64,000 bases of DNA, taken from the IMG/VR virus record IMGVR_UViG_3300023172_000011, positions 32,001 to 96,000 of that record. One strand, given 5' to 3'. The notes under the pieces were generated by a model. The model was given only the letters and a program-made list of their open reading frames with translations. It made no database searches and was not told where the DNA came from. Shown here in pieces: positions 29,236 through 41,100 of the stretch (positions within the stretch are counted from its first letter, which is position 1; each line of letters starts with the position of its first letter). The position numbers and the translations under genes are program-made. This DNA is from a virus.

Positions 29236-29591
29236 AAGTAGAATATCTTGTAAAGATTGGTGGTAAAGAAGTTGTCGTGTCACAAGAATGCGATACAGAT
29301 TGCGATATGTTTAAATTTCTATATCACATGGGAGAGTTGTTTGACAACTGCACTTGTGAGAGAAATGGACAAACTTCCGATAGAGTGAAGATTAATGTTC
29401 GCTCTGATAATGATGACAATGAATACTATGAAATGGTATGCTTTGATCCATCACAACCTGAATGTCATTATGCTAAGCGTAAGTTCGGGGTAAATAAGAA
29501 AGGTGGCGGATTGTTTCCAAAGAATAAGGACGAGGAAGGAAACTGGAAGCCTTGGACTAAATATAATAAAGAAACGGGTAAGGAAGAGTAA
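29232..29591 (+). CDS. Hypothetical protein
   Basis: ATGA overlap; YYEM.C...C.YA...FG..K.GG.LFPK. Confidence 0.65.
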   Translation: MKVEYLVKIGGKEVVVSQECDTDCDMFKFLYHMGELFDNCTCERNGQTSDRVKINVRSDNDDNEYYEMVCFDPSQPECHYAKRKFGVNKKGGGLFPKNKDEEGNWKPWTKYNKETGKEE

Positions 29592-29620
29592 TCACTTGCC
29601 GCTGGTTTAAAACCATGCCC

Positions 29621-29652
29621 GCCCCGCTGAGAATTCTTGGCGGGGCTTTTTT
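29621..29652 (+). terminator. Intrinsic terminator
   Basis: GCCCCGCTGAGA/TCTTGGCGGGGC stem followed by T6. Confidence 0.85.
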
Positions 29653-29672
29653 AAGATTTATAGGAGACTATA

Positions 29673-29906
29673 ATGAGGTACTATAGGTTAATATTTAAAA
29701 CAGAAAATGAAAAGGTAATGTTTAGTGAGATAGTTGAACAGTCAATATCTTCTTCTGAATTTGAAGGAATGAATTGGGAAGCACCAATCATTAGGCAAGA
29801 GATGGCTGGTCACGTTCACTTTATTGCATTAGATAGAGATTATCTTGATGCTATGTTATTAGGTGTTGGAACATATCAAAACTTGCTAGGAATAACTAAT
29901 GAGTGA
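29673..29906 (+). CDS. Hypothetical protein
   Basis: AGGAG RBS; 77 aa. Confidence 0.6.
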   Translation: MRYYRLIFKTENEKVMFSEIVEQSISSSEFEGMNWEAPIIRQEMAGHVHFIALDRDYLDAMLLGVGTYQNLLGITNE

Positions 29907-30354
29907 CAAAGCCAAAACTCAATGCGAATGTCCACTTGCTGGATTTTGTGAGAGACATGGAATTCAAAAAAGCTCTCATTATCATAAACTATGTCAGAAT
30001 CATTCTGGTTATTTTGCTCAATGGGAGGCATGTCGCGGTCCCGGACAAAACCCTAATAATTGTAAAGAAAATAATGATAACAAGTTTATACAGCAAGAAG
30101 AACCAGTACAAGAAGAATCAGTACAAGAAATGCCTAGTGCCATACAAATGGCTAAAAACTTTGCAAAATCCGCAGTAAATCATATATCCAACGGGATGAA
30201 AAATGTAGACGTTAATGTACAAACGCAGCGGTTAGAAATTTGTGCAGCATGTCCATTTATTAGTAAGGACAAATCTAGATGCACTAAATGCGGATGCTTT
30301 CTTCAAGCTAAAACAAAATGGGAATCTTCTTCATGCCCAATAAACAAATGGTAG
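29899..30354 (+). CDS. Cys-rich probable metal-binding protein
   Basis: N-terminal CECPLAGFCERH...LCQ; C-terminal RLEICAACP...CTKCGC...K...CP..KW. Confidence 0.7.
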   Translation: MSDKAKTQCECPLAGFCERHGIQKSSHYHKLCQNHSGYFAQWEACRGPGQNPNNCKENNDNKFIQQEEPVQEESVQEMPSAIQMAKNFAKSAVNHISNGMKNVDVNVQTQRLEICAACPFISKDKSRCTKCGCFLQAKTKWESSSCPINKW

Positions 30355-30373
30355 ATTGACTTAACTTTCATTC

Positions 30374-33300
30374 TCAGTCATAACCAGCTTCTGTAATTTC
30401 AAATTGAACTCTTGAATTAGTGCATGGAGATTCGGTTTTTGCCGTTCCTTCACAGTGACAGTCTTCAGTCCACCAGCCGCTATTGAAGGTTAATGCTGGA
30501 GGGGATGGCATGTCATTAATAAACCCATTTCCACAATCACAAGAGTGGAAGTCTACACACCGTTTGTCAGCACTACATAATCCATTTATCCAATCAACTT
30601 CACAGCTACATTTATCTGGATACATTATAGATCCAGCAGCAAATGACATATATTGATACTGATCACACTGCCAAACTGGAGCATATCCGGTGTCATCAAT
30701 TCTATAATATTTTCCATCGCAGGTATTTTTCATCCATCCGGCTTCTACACCAGTTGTTGCATAGGAATAAGAGACGGAGATTGTACCAGAGGGAGGAACA
30801 TAACAGGTGCCTATATTAGTTCCACCGTAGGTTCCTGAAAATTCTGGCATATCAACTAGATTGTCTGCACTAATCCATGCTCCAGTAGTTCCAATTATCT
30901 TTAGAACAGGGAATGGACCACTTTCACAGGTTGGATATGGACAACTTCCCGGAGAGGGAATGCCTGACGCACATAAGTAGTCAGCATTTGCAGATTCTCC
31001 AACATATGTAGCTAGTCTGAATTGCTGACACTGTCCTTTTCGGGGGTCAACATTATAGTTGCATTGACTATCACCACAAGAACATGGAGGATTTGCTATA
31101 TTGCCAAGACATGCTGTTGCGGGCCATTCTTGCACCCCTCTTAGCAATGTAGGAGGATCTCTCTCGACCCCTTTTCTAGCAATACGATTAAGTGAGCATT
31201 CCACATCTATCATTATTTTAAATGGGTTAAATAAACACTGATGATTTCCAGAAACAGGAGTTCCGCTAGCTCTAATTAGTCCCGTTTGTGACTCGTCTAA
31301 AGAAACTCCAAACCTATCAAGATAGTAGCCCATAGACTCAAAACCATTAGAAGTAAATGTTTTTGGCTGATGTATGCCCGCTAAGATAGTATGTTCACTA
31401 TGTAATGGTAATTGTGACACACATCCAGTTCCAACAACAGTACAGCTTTTAACATCTGAAGCAAATCTCCATCCGGGATGGACGACTCCAATTAAAGGTA
31501 GATAGTCATCTACTATGATTGTTACATCGTCAATATGAACTCCACTCTGAATCGTTGCTAATACTTCATCATCACACCAGTCTCTAAATCTCAATACCTG
31601 CTCTCGGTTTAAATCATCACCTTCTCCCGCACTTGTATACCCATCAAAACCATAGCCGGTTTTAAACTGACTTGTCGTAGTGCAAACACTAGGTGCGGCA
31701 AAAGCAGCTACCTTAGTTCCACTAGCATAGTGATGTCTTGGAAACAACATCTTATTGCACCATAGTTCACCACCACACTCAGATGAATCTTGAACGCAAC
31801 TGTGTTTTTTATTTGTTTCAAATATTCCATAAAAGTTAAGTGGATCATAATATTTTCCAGTTTCAAAAATTGTTGTAGAAACTGGCGGATCTGGTCCAAG
31901 GCCGCTACAATTGAATTGACCATCGCCATCTCTATTTATTGAAGGAATTAAATTTCCGGTAGTTACTGTCGGCAGATGACCACTTGAATAAAATAAATTA
32001 AAATAATTCCATACATGACTATATGAAGAACCCGGAGATGAAAATTGATAATCTTGATTTACATAAACACCCGATGACGGATGAATACTGCATGGAGCCT
32101 CATATGCTGGAGTAACAGTGTCTGCTTCTAAGGCATAAGGAATGATATGGCAAAGACCCTCTCCACTGTAGGCACCAGCAGCAACTGCTACACAAACTTG
32201 TTCTCCCTCCCCATCGACAATTTGCTCATACCAAGTTCTGTCGTGCTCATGGTATTCTCTAGAAAGGTCTAATCTATATTGTGTGTCTCCAGTAGGACCA
32301 ATAAAGCAGTCGATCTTATTTACAATTGCAACTTCGGGAGCACATCTTTTCTTGCGAACTTCAACGCCAGAAAATGGCAGTTCATCACCAACTAATCCGT
32401 GATATATTGGATTGCCACAACTTTTGCTTCCAACGTTAGAATCCTGACTGCAATCTACTGCTGAACATTCAACTACTGATCCGGGATAGTCTCCTTTGGA
32501 CATTTGTCCACACTCACCACCAATGTATGGTTCATTCAACTCATATTTAATCCCGCTGACTAATCCATTCACCCCATGATTCCAGTCCCACCAATCTGTT
32601 GAAGAAAAGGTGCCTAGATTAATACCCATGTATGGACATGGAGGGCCACAAGATAAATCTGTTGGTCCTATTACAGTTCCATTGGCTCCACTAGCTCCAA
32701 TCCAATAAATTGTCGCACAGCTACTTCCAGATGTTAAAACAGGCTGATGATTAGAATCAATTTCATATATAGCAGCTAATGTTGGATCTTGACAATCACA
32801 AAAACACGAATTAAATTGATAGTTTGACGGTGCCCTAGCGGGTTCTACACCTTCAAATCCAATTTGTTCATCACACAAACAAGAGATACCGCCACCACCG
32901 GGACGAAATGTTTCTATTCCCGTGGGGCATGTATTACATAATGTATTTCCACTACAAGGATTTTCAGATGGGCTTACTGGATTTGGACATCCATAAAAAT
33001 ATCTGCTTCCATTAGATGCCGTTAACTCACATCCATAAGCATAAATAGTATCTCCCGGACAAAATCCAAATAAATTGTTTACTTCATAAAAATCTCCAGA
33101 AGTAAGGCATCGTGCTAGGGTATCAATATGTCTTAAACCATAGGCAGTCATATTTCTAAACAAGTCTACATATTGAGGTACTACAGCATATAATGTAGTT
33201 TTTAATTCTAGATCTCCAGCAGAACCAACCCTAGCAGGATAATGGTGTTGACAAGAAGCTCCACCATCCCATAATGCAGCCACTGGATTACTTTCATATT

Positions 33301-36300
33301 TCGCCTCTGGATATCTAGGATCTATTAAATAATCGTGAAATCCGGGACATGCAAGCTCTACCTTTGCAAAAATTCTATAGCCGCATCCGGCTGTTTCTAA
33401 ATAATCCTGATCTAAGTACCTACTTTTATATGAAGCACAACTAACAACTTCTCCCAAGTCTCCACCACCGTCCCGACTGCTTCTCCATCCAATTACAATC
33501 TCGCTGCTGGGAATTACAACAGGCTCTAATGTTGCAGAAAATCCGTCTTCGGAGCTAAGGCATCCACAGGTTTCACCAGTATATGCATGTCCATATTCTT
33601 TACGTAATCCATCTCCGCTGGCACAATAATCATTTCCATATCCATCCGCACAGGTAAATAATCCCGGCTCTAGTTTCGGATTTAGAAATCCGGGATCACC
33701 ATATTTACAGTAGTTATGTCCGTATCTATCAGCCTCGTCCCAAATATATTCAGTCCCTAATCCACTAAATTTTATATGGAGCGGCTCGGCCTTCATGTTT
33801 GCACTAACACATCCAAGACATCTATCATCAACTTCCCATTCAATAAAGAACGGAACTCCATCAGTAGGCCATCCATTATGAGTGCCAAGAACATTTGTGT
33901 AAGTTCCACTAGCATCATAATCTATATGATTGCATTCTGGTGTCCCGCAGCAGCTAAATTCGCCACATTTTGTTGTAAAGTAAGGAGCAATTACGGCTTT
34001 GTTTGTGTCAGCTAATCCCCACCATCCATATCCACTTCCTCCATATTGGAAAAAGTCACCACCCTCATCGTCCCTGCTGGATGTTCCACTACTCCATAAT
34101 CCACTAGAGGGGTTGAATGGTGCTGGAATTGGGGCTGTGACACTCCAGTACATAGGCTCATCAATGTCTATTAACGGAGTTTGATTAGTGTAGGTTTTTT
34201 CATGATTTAACTTAGCAAACGCCTTAGTAATAACATCCTTTCTATTACGGTCTTCTTTACCGCATAAATTCATAATGTAACCATATGTAGTATATGGCTG
34301 TCGTATATTACAGGCACAGCAAGATGTATGTAGTGGATCACAAAATTCTGTGTTAGGATCAGTATAATTCGGACCTTCATATAGATTATACTGCTGAAGC
34401 TGATACCTTGCGTCCAAGCATCCATATCCAGTCGGATCAATATCGAAGTTTGGCAGTGTCGGGAAGGTCATTACTGAAGGAATAGATACATGTACTGGAG
34501 GTCGTTGTCCATCAGGCGGGTCTTCACCACAATCGCATACACAGGGAGATCCCGGTTTCCTACCGGCCCAAGCACGGGCAAGATTAATAAACATATGAAT
34601 TTCTTGACCGGCCAACTGCCTTTTTAGATCATTCATATCTGCCGGTTCAGAATTTTCCCATCCTCCCAGCGGAAGACCAGAGCTGTCAAATGAACACTTG
34701 TCATTAAAGTCGCATCCACGATAAACAAAAGCTAATCTAGGTAGTCGATTTTGTTTATATTTTTCCGTCTCGGTTTCACATTCATTATACTTATCAAATT
34801 GGGTTACACAGTCTGGAAATATTTCAAGGGTCGCTCTTTTGCTGTAACATGTAGCGTTTTTATTTTTCAGCCGCGTTTGTTTTTGTTCTAGTCTTTTTGC
34901 ATCATCACAAGCATCTACATTGAAGAAGGGGCCGTAATACGACATCTCTCTCTGTAAATATGGAATTCCGCTCATATACGATCCAGAAAAGGTGATTAAT
35001 TCTTCACCACTCTGAATAATTGCGTACCCACCACTCACTGATACATAATTTTGATCAAATCTTGGACTGTCGGCATCAACATTTGAAGTAATTGTATTAA
35101 ACAGTCCGTAATTGTATCTCCATTCTCTATCTCTATTAGACTGGCGAATATTTTTCGGATTATTTAAGACTCTCCTGAAGTCTACATGAAAGTCAGTATT
35201 ACAGGTAGATTTCCATCTATCATCAACTCCATATGCAGCCAGTCCGCAGCATGTGTCAGTATCATACGTATTAAATGCTATCCAATGATCACCACTTTCC
35301 GTGGCTAATCCAGATAAAGAGAAGATCTCTTCACCTTGAGTACCTACAAATTTTGCTGAAGTATAATTAGATTCATGGGTAACATCAAATAATGTATAAG
35401 ACCCATTAAATTGTCCACTAACGGTGTTATATAATCCTAAAGTCATTCCATTTTTTAAACCGCTGGCTGCACCATCGCCATAAGTGAAACGTGCTTGTAT
35501 AAAATCATCTTGGGCGGAACGATAAATTCCACTAGCATTTGTAAAACCACCGGCGTATTCTCCTGCTACTGCACCGTCAGGTCTACAACCGGATTCATAA
35601 TTATAGTAATTTGAAATACCAGTTAGCTTGGCTCGGTTTTGATTATGCTCGTACTTCTCAAAGCGGTGACTTTCTCTAGCAATATTTTGCTTAGGCTCCC
35701 CACTACAATCTAATAGGTATCCGGGAGGAGCGTATAGATCTTCAGTCTCATAACAGTTTTCTATACTAGATAGTCTCCATGCACCACTAAGGTTTTTAAA
35801 TATCTTTGTGCTGAAGTTTATCTTATTTCCCCAGCCAAAATTCTCTGGAGTTTTCTTAAAAACCTTGTTTGGGCTTGTAGTGTCGCAAGAATTTTCATCA
35901 GATGTTACATATTCTATAAGCCCTTTTGGTCTATCTACTAGGTAAGTCTCGGCACCTCCCCTGTCTTTTGGTGGAGTGCTGGTATCTAAATCTCCAGCCT
36001 GATCATAATGTTTTTTATATGTAGGGGCTAATGACGAGTCGTAAGGATCATAAACGGTCCTATAAAATACATCAGGACGTTGTTCATTCATAAATGGCCC
36101 ATAAGTCACACTGCCACATGTTTTTGTGGCTGAATGATCTTCGTCATGACCGTCAAAGAAATCGTAGTAGCTTGTACCCCATGTGGCCCAGCCAGATATT
36201 AAAACATTATCCTCTATAGTTCCAAAGCCCCAAAAGTCGGGGTTGGCTATGATCTTAACTTTTATATTCTTAGAAAGAGATATACCGTTTGATTCACTTA

Positions 36301-36397
36301 GGTCGTATGTGGCACCTTCACTACAAAATTCTACATTTATACATTGTTTGCCACATGAATAACAGGGAGTGTCCCCGCTCTGAGTTATAAAAGCCAT
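30374..36397 (-). CDS. Giant Cys-rich protein, probable tail-tip or receptor-binding virion protein
   Basis: 2007-aa ORF, last gene of the structural arm, with frequent CxC, CC and CxxC motifs. Confidence 0.7.
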   Translation of the reverse strand: MAFITQSGDTPCYSCGKQCINVEFCSEGATYDLSESNGISLSKNIKVKIIANPDFWGFGTIEDNVLISGWATWGTSYYDFFDGHDEDHSATKTCGSVTYGPFMNEQRPDVFYRTVYDPYDSSLAPTYKKHYDQAGDLDTSTPPKDRGGAETYLVDRPKGLIEYVTSDENSCDTTSPNKVFKKTPENFGWGNKINFSTKIFKNLSGAWRLSSIENCYETEDLYAPPGYLLDCSGEPKQNIARESHRFEKYEHNQNRAKLTGISNYYNYESGCRPDGAVAGEYAGGFTNASGIYRSAQDDFIQARFTYGDGAASGLKNGMTLGLYNTVSGQFNGSYTLFDVTHESNYTSAKFVGTQGEEIFSLSGLATESGDHWIAFNTYDTDTCCGLAAYGVDDRWKSTCNTDFHVDFRRVLNNPKNIRQSNRDREWRYNYGLFNTITSNVDADSPRFDQNYVSVSGGYAIIQSGEELITFSGSYMSGIPYLQREMSYYGPFFNVDACDDAKRLEQKQTRLKNKNATCYSKRATLEIFPDCVTQFDKYNECETETEKYKQNRLPRLAFVYRGCDFNDKCSFDSSGLPLGGWENSEPADMNDLKRQLAGQEIHMFINLARAWAGRKPGSPCVCDCGEDPPDGQRPPVHVSIPSVMTFPTLPNFDIDPTGYGCLDARYQLQQYNLYEGPNYTDPNTEFCDPLHTSCCACNIRQPYTTYGYIMNLCGKEDRNRKDVITKAFAKLNHEKTYTNQTPLIDIDEPMYWSVTAPIPAPFNPSSGLWSSGTSSRDDEGGDFFQYGGSGYGWWGLADTNKAVIAPYFTTKCGEFSCCGTPECNHIDYDASGTYTNVLGTHNGWPTDGVPFFIEWEVDDRCLGCVSANMKAEPLHIKFSGLGTEYIWDEADRYGHNYCKYGDPGFLNPKLEPGLFTCADGYGNDYCASGDGLRKEYGHAYTGETCGCLSSEDGFSATLEPVVIPSSEIVIGWRSSRDGGGDLGEVVSCASYKSRYLDQDYLETAGCGYRIFAKVELACPGFHDYLIDPRYPEAKYESNPVAALWDGGASCQHHYPARVGSAGDLELKTTLYAVVPQYVDLFRNMTAYGLRHIDTLARCLTSGDFYEVNNLFGFCPGDTIYAYGCELTASNGSRYFYGCPNPVSPSENPCSGNTLCNTCPTGIETFRPGGGGISCLCDEQIGFEGVEPARAPSNYQFNSCFCDCQDPTLAAIYEIDSNHQPVLTSGSSCATIYWIGASGANGTVIGPTDLSCGPPCPYMGINLGTFSSTDWWDWNHGVNGLVSGIKYELNEPYIGGECGQMSKGDYPGSVVECSAVDCSQDSNVGSKSCGNPIYHGLVGDELPFSGVEVRKKRCAPEVAIVNKIDCFIGPTGDTQYRLDLSREYHEHDRTWYEQIVDGEGEQVCVAVAAGAYSGEGLCHIIPYALEADTVTPAYEAPCSIHPSSGVYVNQDYQFSSPGSSYSHVWNYFNLFYSSGHLPTVTTGNLIPSINRDGDGQFNCSGLGPDPPVSTTIFETGKYYDPLNFYGIFETNKKHSCVQDSSECGGELWCNKMLFPRHHYASGTKVAAFAAPSVCTTTSQFKTGYGFDGYTSAGEGDDLNREQVLRFRDWCDDEVLATIQSGVHIDDVTIIVDDYLPLIGVVHPGWRFASDVKSCTVVGTGCVSQLPLHSEHTILAGIHQPKTFTSNGFESMGYYLDRFGVSLDESQTGLIRASGTPVSGNHQCLFNPFKIMIDVECSLNRIARKGVERDPPTLLRGVQEWPATACLGNIANPPCSCGDSQCNYNVDPRKGQCQQFRLATYVGESANADYLCASGIPSPGSCPYPTCESGPFPVLKIIGTTGAWISADNLVDMPEFSGTYGGTNIGTCYVPPSGTISVSYSYATTGVEAGWMKNTCDGKYYRIDDTGYAPVWQCDQYQYMSFAAGSIMYPDKCSCEVDWINGLCSADKRCVDFHSCDCGNGFINDMPSPPALTFNSGWWTEDCHCEGTAKTESPCTNSRVQFEITEAGYD

Positions 36398-36407
36398 TTT
36401 TAAATTC

Positions 36408-38168
36408 CTAATTATTTATAAGTGCCGTGTCTTCTCCACACCACTCACAGGTCTTATATCCTTGTGTTTGTAATTTTAATGTACAGGATTGTAAAGTGCC
36501 ATTATCACATTCTACATGCGTAACAACTTGCTGAGATTTAAACTCTGCCTGAGTCACCCAATGTATTGGTAGACTCTCTGTTTCAGCAGTTGCATTATTT
36601 GCATAGATTTGAACGGGACATGTTAATCCATAATTTGTTAAACCAGTGTTTGGATCTAACGTTCCGCTTGTTAGTTTACCATCAGAAAATACTAAACTTA
36701 GACTAGCACAAATATCGCAACCAGAATATAGTGCAAATCCTCCATAAGTATAACCAGATCCAGACGAGGTGACTTGAAAAGAGCCATTACCGCTTGTATC
36801 AATCACGATTTGACCACGAGCATTTTCTCCAGATCCGCCAATAAAAGACCCTGTATTTACATTTTTTCTACGTCCAGTATCTACAGTGAATGCTAAATCT
36901 CCAACATCAAATGATTGACGTAAAGGATTTTCTATCAACACTCTTTTACCAGTAGAATCGCTACCATGTTGTGTGCCGCATCCACTATTTGTAATATGTC
37001 CACAGTCTTGACAGTCATTGGTCCATATATTATAATAATTTTGACCTACCGAATCTTTAGTTTCGCGAATAATAAATGCTTCATAAAATGGAAACTCTAA
37101 ACTTGTATAATCCAGTTGTTCATAATAATTTTTGTTATCTTCATTTGCAGTATATGCTAGATATTCAGGATCATATATAGCCTCGGTAGAATCAAAAGCC
37201 CTCATATTTTGTGGGGCATTTCTACTATATTGATCTCTGCTATTACTTCTATCAACCTCAAACGAAAAACTTGGGGGAGTGTAAACGTTGGTTAATTTTA
37301 CTAAATATATCTTAGTAGTATTTCCTCCGGTCCAAACGCCTCTCGCATCATCCCATCTTAAATCAACAGGTCCAGACTTCCACAAATGCGGATTGTACAT
37401 TGCTTGTGGATGAAAAGTACTGCCACTTGATGGAACGGGATTACCTCCAGTATCGTATCCCCATCCAGTTAAAACCATTGGTGCTTTAAAGCCAACGCCT
37501 CTAATGCCTTCAGTTTCTACTATATGTCTGCCCCAATGATCCTTTTCAAAATAAAAGTCAATAGGAGACCCAGATCCGCTAGGGTAAATCCCAGTGTCTC
37601 CAACAAATCCGCCACTTCCATTTATACCAGAATCTTTTGGATTATAATTTAAAGCCATTGCAATATTATGACCGCTAGACATCCACGGATCATTAGCAAC
37701 AGAATATCCGCCCTTTGGATTTATTCCATCTAAAACATTGAATGGATTGAATGGATTTAGCTCTCTTGCAGTTGGATCGCCGCCTTCCGCTTCTGTAGGC
37801 TTTGTCCAATATGGTAGCCATTTTCCCGCTCTGTATTCATCCGTTTGAGTTGTATACGGATAAAATACCGCATCTAGACTTGTAGCACCAATAAGATTCC
37901 AAGGATGTCTTCCAGAATATGCAGTTTCCGTAGATGGTATTTCATTAAATTTTCTAGCACTGTTCGCAAATTCACTATACTGCATGAATCCAACTTGTGC
38001 CTGTGGAATTTCATGATAAGTTGCACTTTTAACTGGCGAATCAGCGGTCGCATTTATTCTAGTTCCAGTGGCAGAAACATTGCCCTGTGCCCGCAATGCT
38101 TCAGTAATCTCGCCTACAAGAATTAAAGACGCTGGATTATATGACCAACCTAACTGTTCCTTAGTCAT
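36408..38168 (-). CDS. Tail-tip/baseplate-associated protein
   Basis: Position after the hub gene; GWGYD..G.PVP...WKSGPVDLRWD motif and a GSGY fibre-like segment. Confidence 0.6.
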   Translation of the reverse strand: MTKEQLGWSYNPASLILVGEITEALRAQGNVSATGTRINATADSPVKSATYHEIPQAQVGFMQYSEFANSARKFNEIPSTETAYSGRHPWNLIGATSLDAVFYPYTTQTDEYRAGKWLPYWTKPTEAEGGDPTARELNPFNPFNVLDGINPKGGYSVANDPWMSSGHNIAMALNYNPKDSGINGSGGFVGDTGIYPSGSGSPIDFYFEKDHWGRHIVETEGIRGVGFKAPMVLTGWGYDTGGNPVPSSGSTFHPQAMYNPHLWKSGPVDLRWDDARGVWTGGNTTKIYLVKLTNVYTPPSFSFEVDRSNSRDQYSRNAPQNMRAFDSTEAIYDPEYLAYTANEDNKNYYEQLDYTSLEFPFYEAFIIRETKDSVGQNYYNIWTNDCQDCGHITNSGCGTQHGSDSTGKRVLIENPLRQSFDVGDLAFTVDTGRRKNVNTGSFIGGSGENARGQIVIDTSGNGSFQVTSSGSGYTYGGFALYSGCDICASLSLVFSDGKLTSGTLDPNTGLTNYGLTCPVQIYANNATAETESLPIHWVTQAEFKSQQVVTHVECDNGTLQSCTLKLQTQGYKTCEWCGEDTALINN

Positions 38169-38172
38169 TGTA

Positions 38173-41100
38173 TTACCTTAATTTAAGTTTCTTTAACTTA
38201 TTAGATATTTTAGTTATATTCTTCTCAATATCTCTATTATTTTTGCCAAATCTTGGAGAAATTGTCTTAAAAGTATAAGTAGTGTCAATCTGGTCTGAAC
38301 TTACATTGATTTTAATGTCTGTAACTTGTTGCAGTCCGTAAAGACCGTCTCCAATTCTAGTAATTGCTGGAGCACCCGGAATGGAAAAGCTGCCTTCTTC
38401 AACTGCAAACAAAGCAAAGTCATCAATAGCATTTGCTCTACCCTGTGCGGCAAGATTCATTCCGGTCAATCCGCTAGTTTGAGACAAGTCATAAGATCCA
38501 AATGTTCCAAATCCCACTGGAATTAGAAAGTTCTCTGGAACCAATGATTCGTCTTGCTCATATTCTATTTTACCTCTGAATGGAACATATGGTAGACTTG
38601 TCATCCAAGGACCATAAACATATCTCGTAGAAATTTGAGCATAATTTATAGATTTAGGAGAAACGCATACTTTAAATGGCTGAAGGTTTTCTACAACATC
38701 GTCGGATGTTATTTTATATTGTCTTGCTTTACCGCTTGCTGCAAGATAAGATGTCTCCCATGTTGAACAGCCATCTAAGTCTCCAGCGTTAACATCCGTA
38801 GCACCAATAAATCTCTTGAATGCATCTGCACTTGGCACATTGGTTAAACCCTTTCCTTGTGCAAGCCCCGGCTTAGGCTGTGGCAAGAAAACTCTGTCAG
38901 TAGTAAACTTTACGAACGGGAAACAGAATCTTCCATTGTCACTATATTCTAAGCTAGTTAATGCTGGAACAATGGCATTCAACCATTCCGGCTGTGTTTC
39001 TCTTGGTATTCCAATTACTCCACTATAAGCAAAATATCCAGATGGTGTAGGATCGCCGTCAGCTATAGACCTACAAACTGAAGGAGTGCATTGTCCATTA
39101 TTGAGAGTATAGTTTGATAAATTGTTTGAGGTGTTAGTACTTCCAGCCTTCGTGACACTCTCTGGGCCAAGTCCAGATGAGCTATATTCCTGAAAATACC
39201 GTCTATGTCCAGTTACAATAGAACTGAAGGGAAGTGATGCTCTAGTATAAATAGCATCATAGCCATATGGTAAAAAGCTGTATTGATTTTCAATATTAGA
39301 CGGAGATGCGTGTAAAATAGAGTAACTGCCATATTTTGTAATACATAGAGAGTCTAGATTATATTCTGAAAAGTTAAATACCTTTACATTTGCACCGTTG
39401 AACAAATTTTTCAAGTCAGCGGCATAATTCTCGTCCCATCCAGCACCATCTCCAATAAAACTATGATCATAGTTAATAAATGGAGATACCTTGCCGTCAT
39501 TGATAAACATATTGCTCTGTGGAATTTGCCTAGCATAATACTGAGAAGGTTCTACATATGCTGAGTCAGTTAATTCCCAAGAACGTTTAAAGTTTCCAAC
39601 TAGATTATCGCCATTTAAATCTTCTATAGTTTTTAAATAAGGTACTGGTGCATACCATGATTTGCCGTAATGGGTATCCCCAATAGTTTTTACACGCTCA
39701 TAAATTAATGGCAAAATATAGTCTCTTATCTGTGCATTAGCAAAAGCACATGTTAATACTGGTGGACATTGACCAGTAACTTCTACATCGCTATATACCG
39801 GATTTCCATCGTCATCGCATCCAGTCAATTGTTTTTCAATATACGTAGCTGCCGGAACTTCTGTTCCATCTTCAGTTAAGCATGGTTGTGGCTGACCATC
39901 AGGATCATAGGTTTCTGTAACTATACTTTGAGTTGTGAGACTCTGAGTAAATAAATTTCCAATACCTAATATATCACAAGCCCCAGCATAACCGATGCCT
40001 CCAGCGGCATTTTGTTTTTTAGTAGACTCTTCTTTATCTTCTTGCGAACTTTCATCTTCACCCGTTGGAGGCACAACACAATTAGGATAAAAATGCTCTC
40101 GTAAATTAATAAACTTCTTGCTTTTATAATCATTAAAGAATGCATCCCAGCTACCCTTGCCGGTCATAGCACATCTAATTTCTAACATAGATGCCGCATA
40201 GATACCATTTTTAAACACTCCCGGAACTGTTAATCCTGCAAAGTCACTACGCATATCAATTAAAATAAAATCATCAACATCTCTAGGATCTAACATGTTT
40301 GTAATTACTGGAATTTTTCTAGTAGACGTTTCATTTAGTCCTAACGAATCAGTAGCAGTATCAGCAGTTTCTCTAGGATCTGAAGCATTTGGTATAATAA
40401 TATCGCCCCAGTATTGACGAAGATATTTTCTAGGAACGCTAACTAATCTTGTTTGATAACCTCCCGTAACAACTTTCATTGTTGTTAAATCGTTTAGTTT
40501 GATAGAAACGTCAGAATTCTTTATCTTTAGATCAGATAGTTTGCTAGAATCCCAATATCCTGTAGCAACAGGAAAAGTTCCACCGTTAGCAATTGATTGT
40601 GTACCTACTCCAGTAAAGCCTTCATCGGCAGAATCTATACCGCTAGAATCTAATGGATCAGAATATGTTGTATCATTTAGATCCGCCAATCCATAATCTG
40701 TATTATTGACTGGTCTCTTTCCGGGGTGTATCCCATCTTGAGTAGTCCAATATGAATCTTTAATATCTGGAACTTCTAAACCAATAATGTTATAAGCAAT
40801 ATTACTAAAAGGTCTAGATCCATTAAAAAATGAATTCTTATTTAGAACTTTGATTCTTATCGTCCCGCCGTATTTGCCGCCTTCTTCTGTAAACTTGCTA
40901 TTATTTAAAGGCCAGTTACATATAGCGTTCTGAGTCCAGTTGGGATCATCCTCCTGTAATGTAGGATCGCCAATAGGATTACCATCAATATCAGTATTTT
41001 TATTCAAGTCAATATAGCAGAAGTATTCTAGATTTGCTTCTTGACAAATTTCAGACACTATCTCTGCTATGCTTTTACTAGATCCGCCCACTCTAAATTG

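Noticed and set aside
30354-30374. Bidirectional terminator at the convergence of the two arms
   Set aside because: The gap is only 19 bp and has no credible hairpin.
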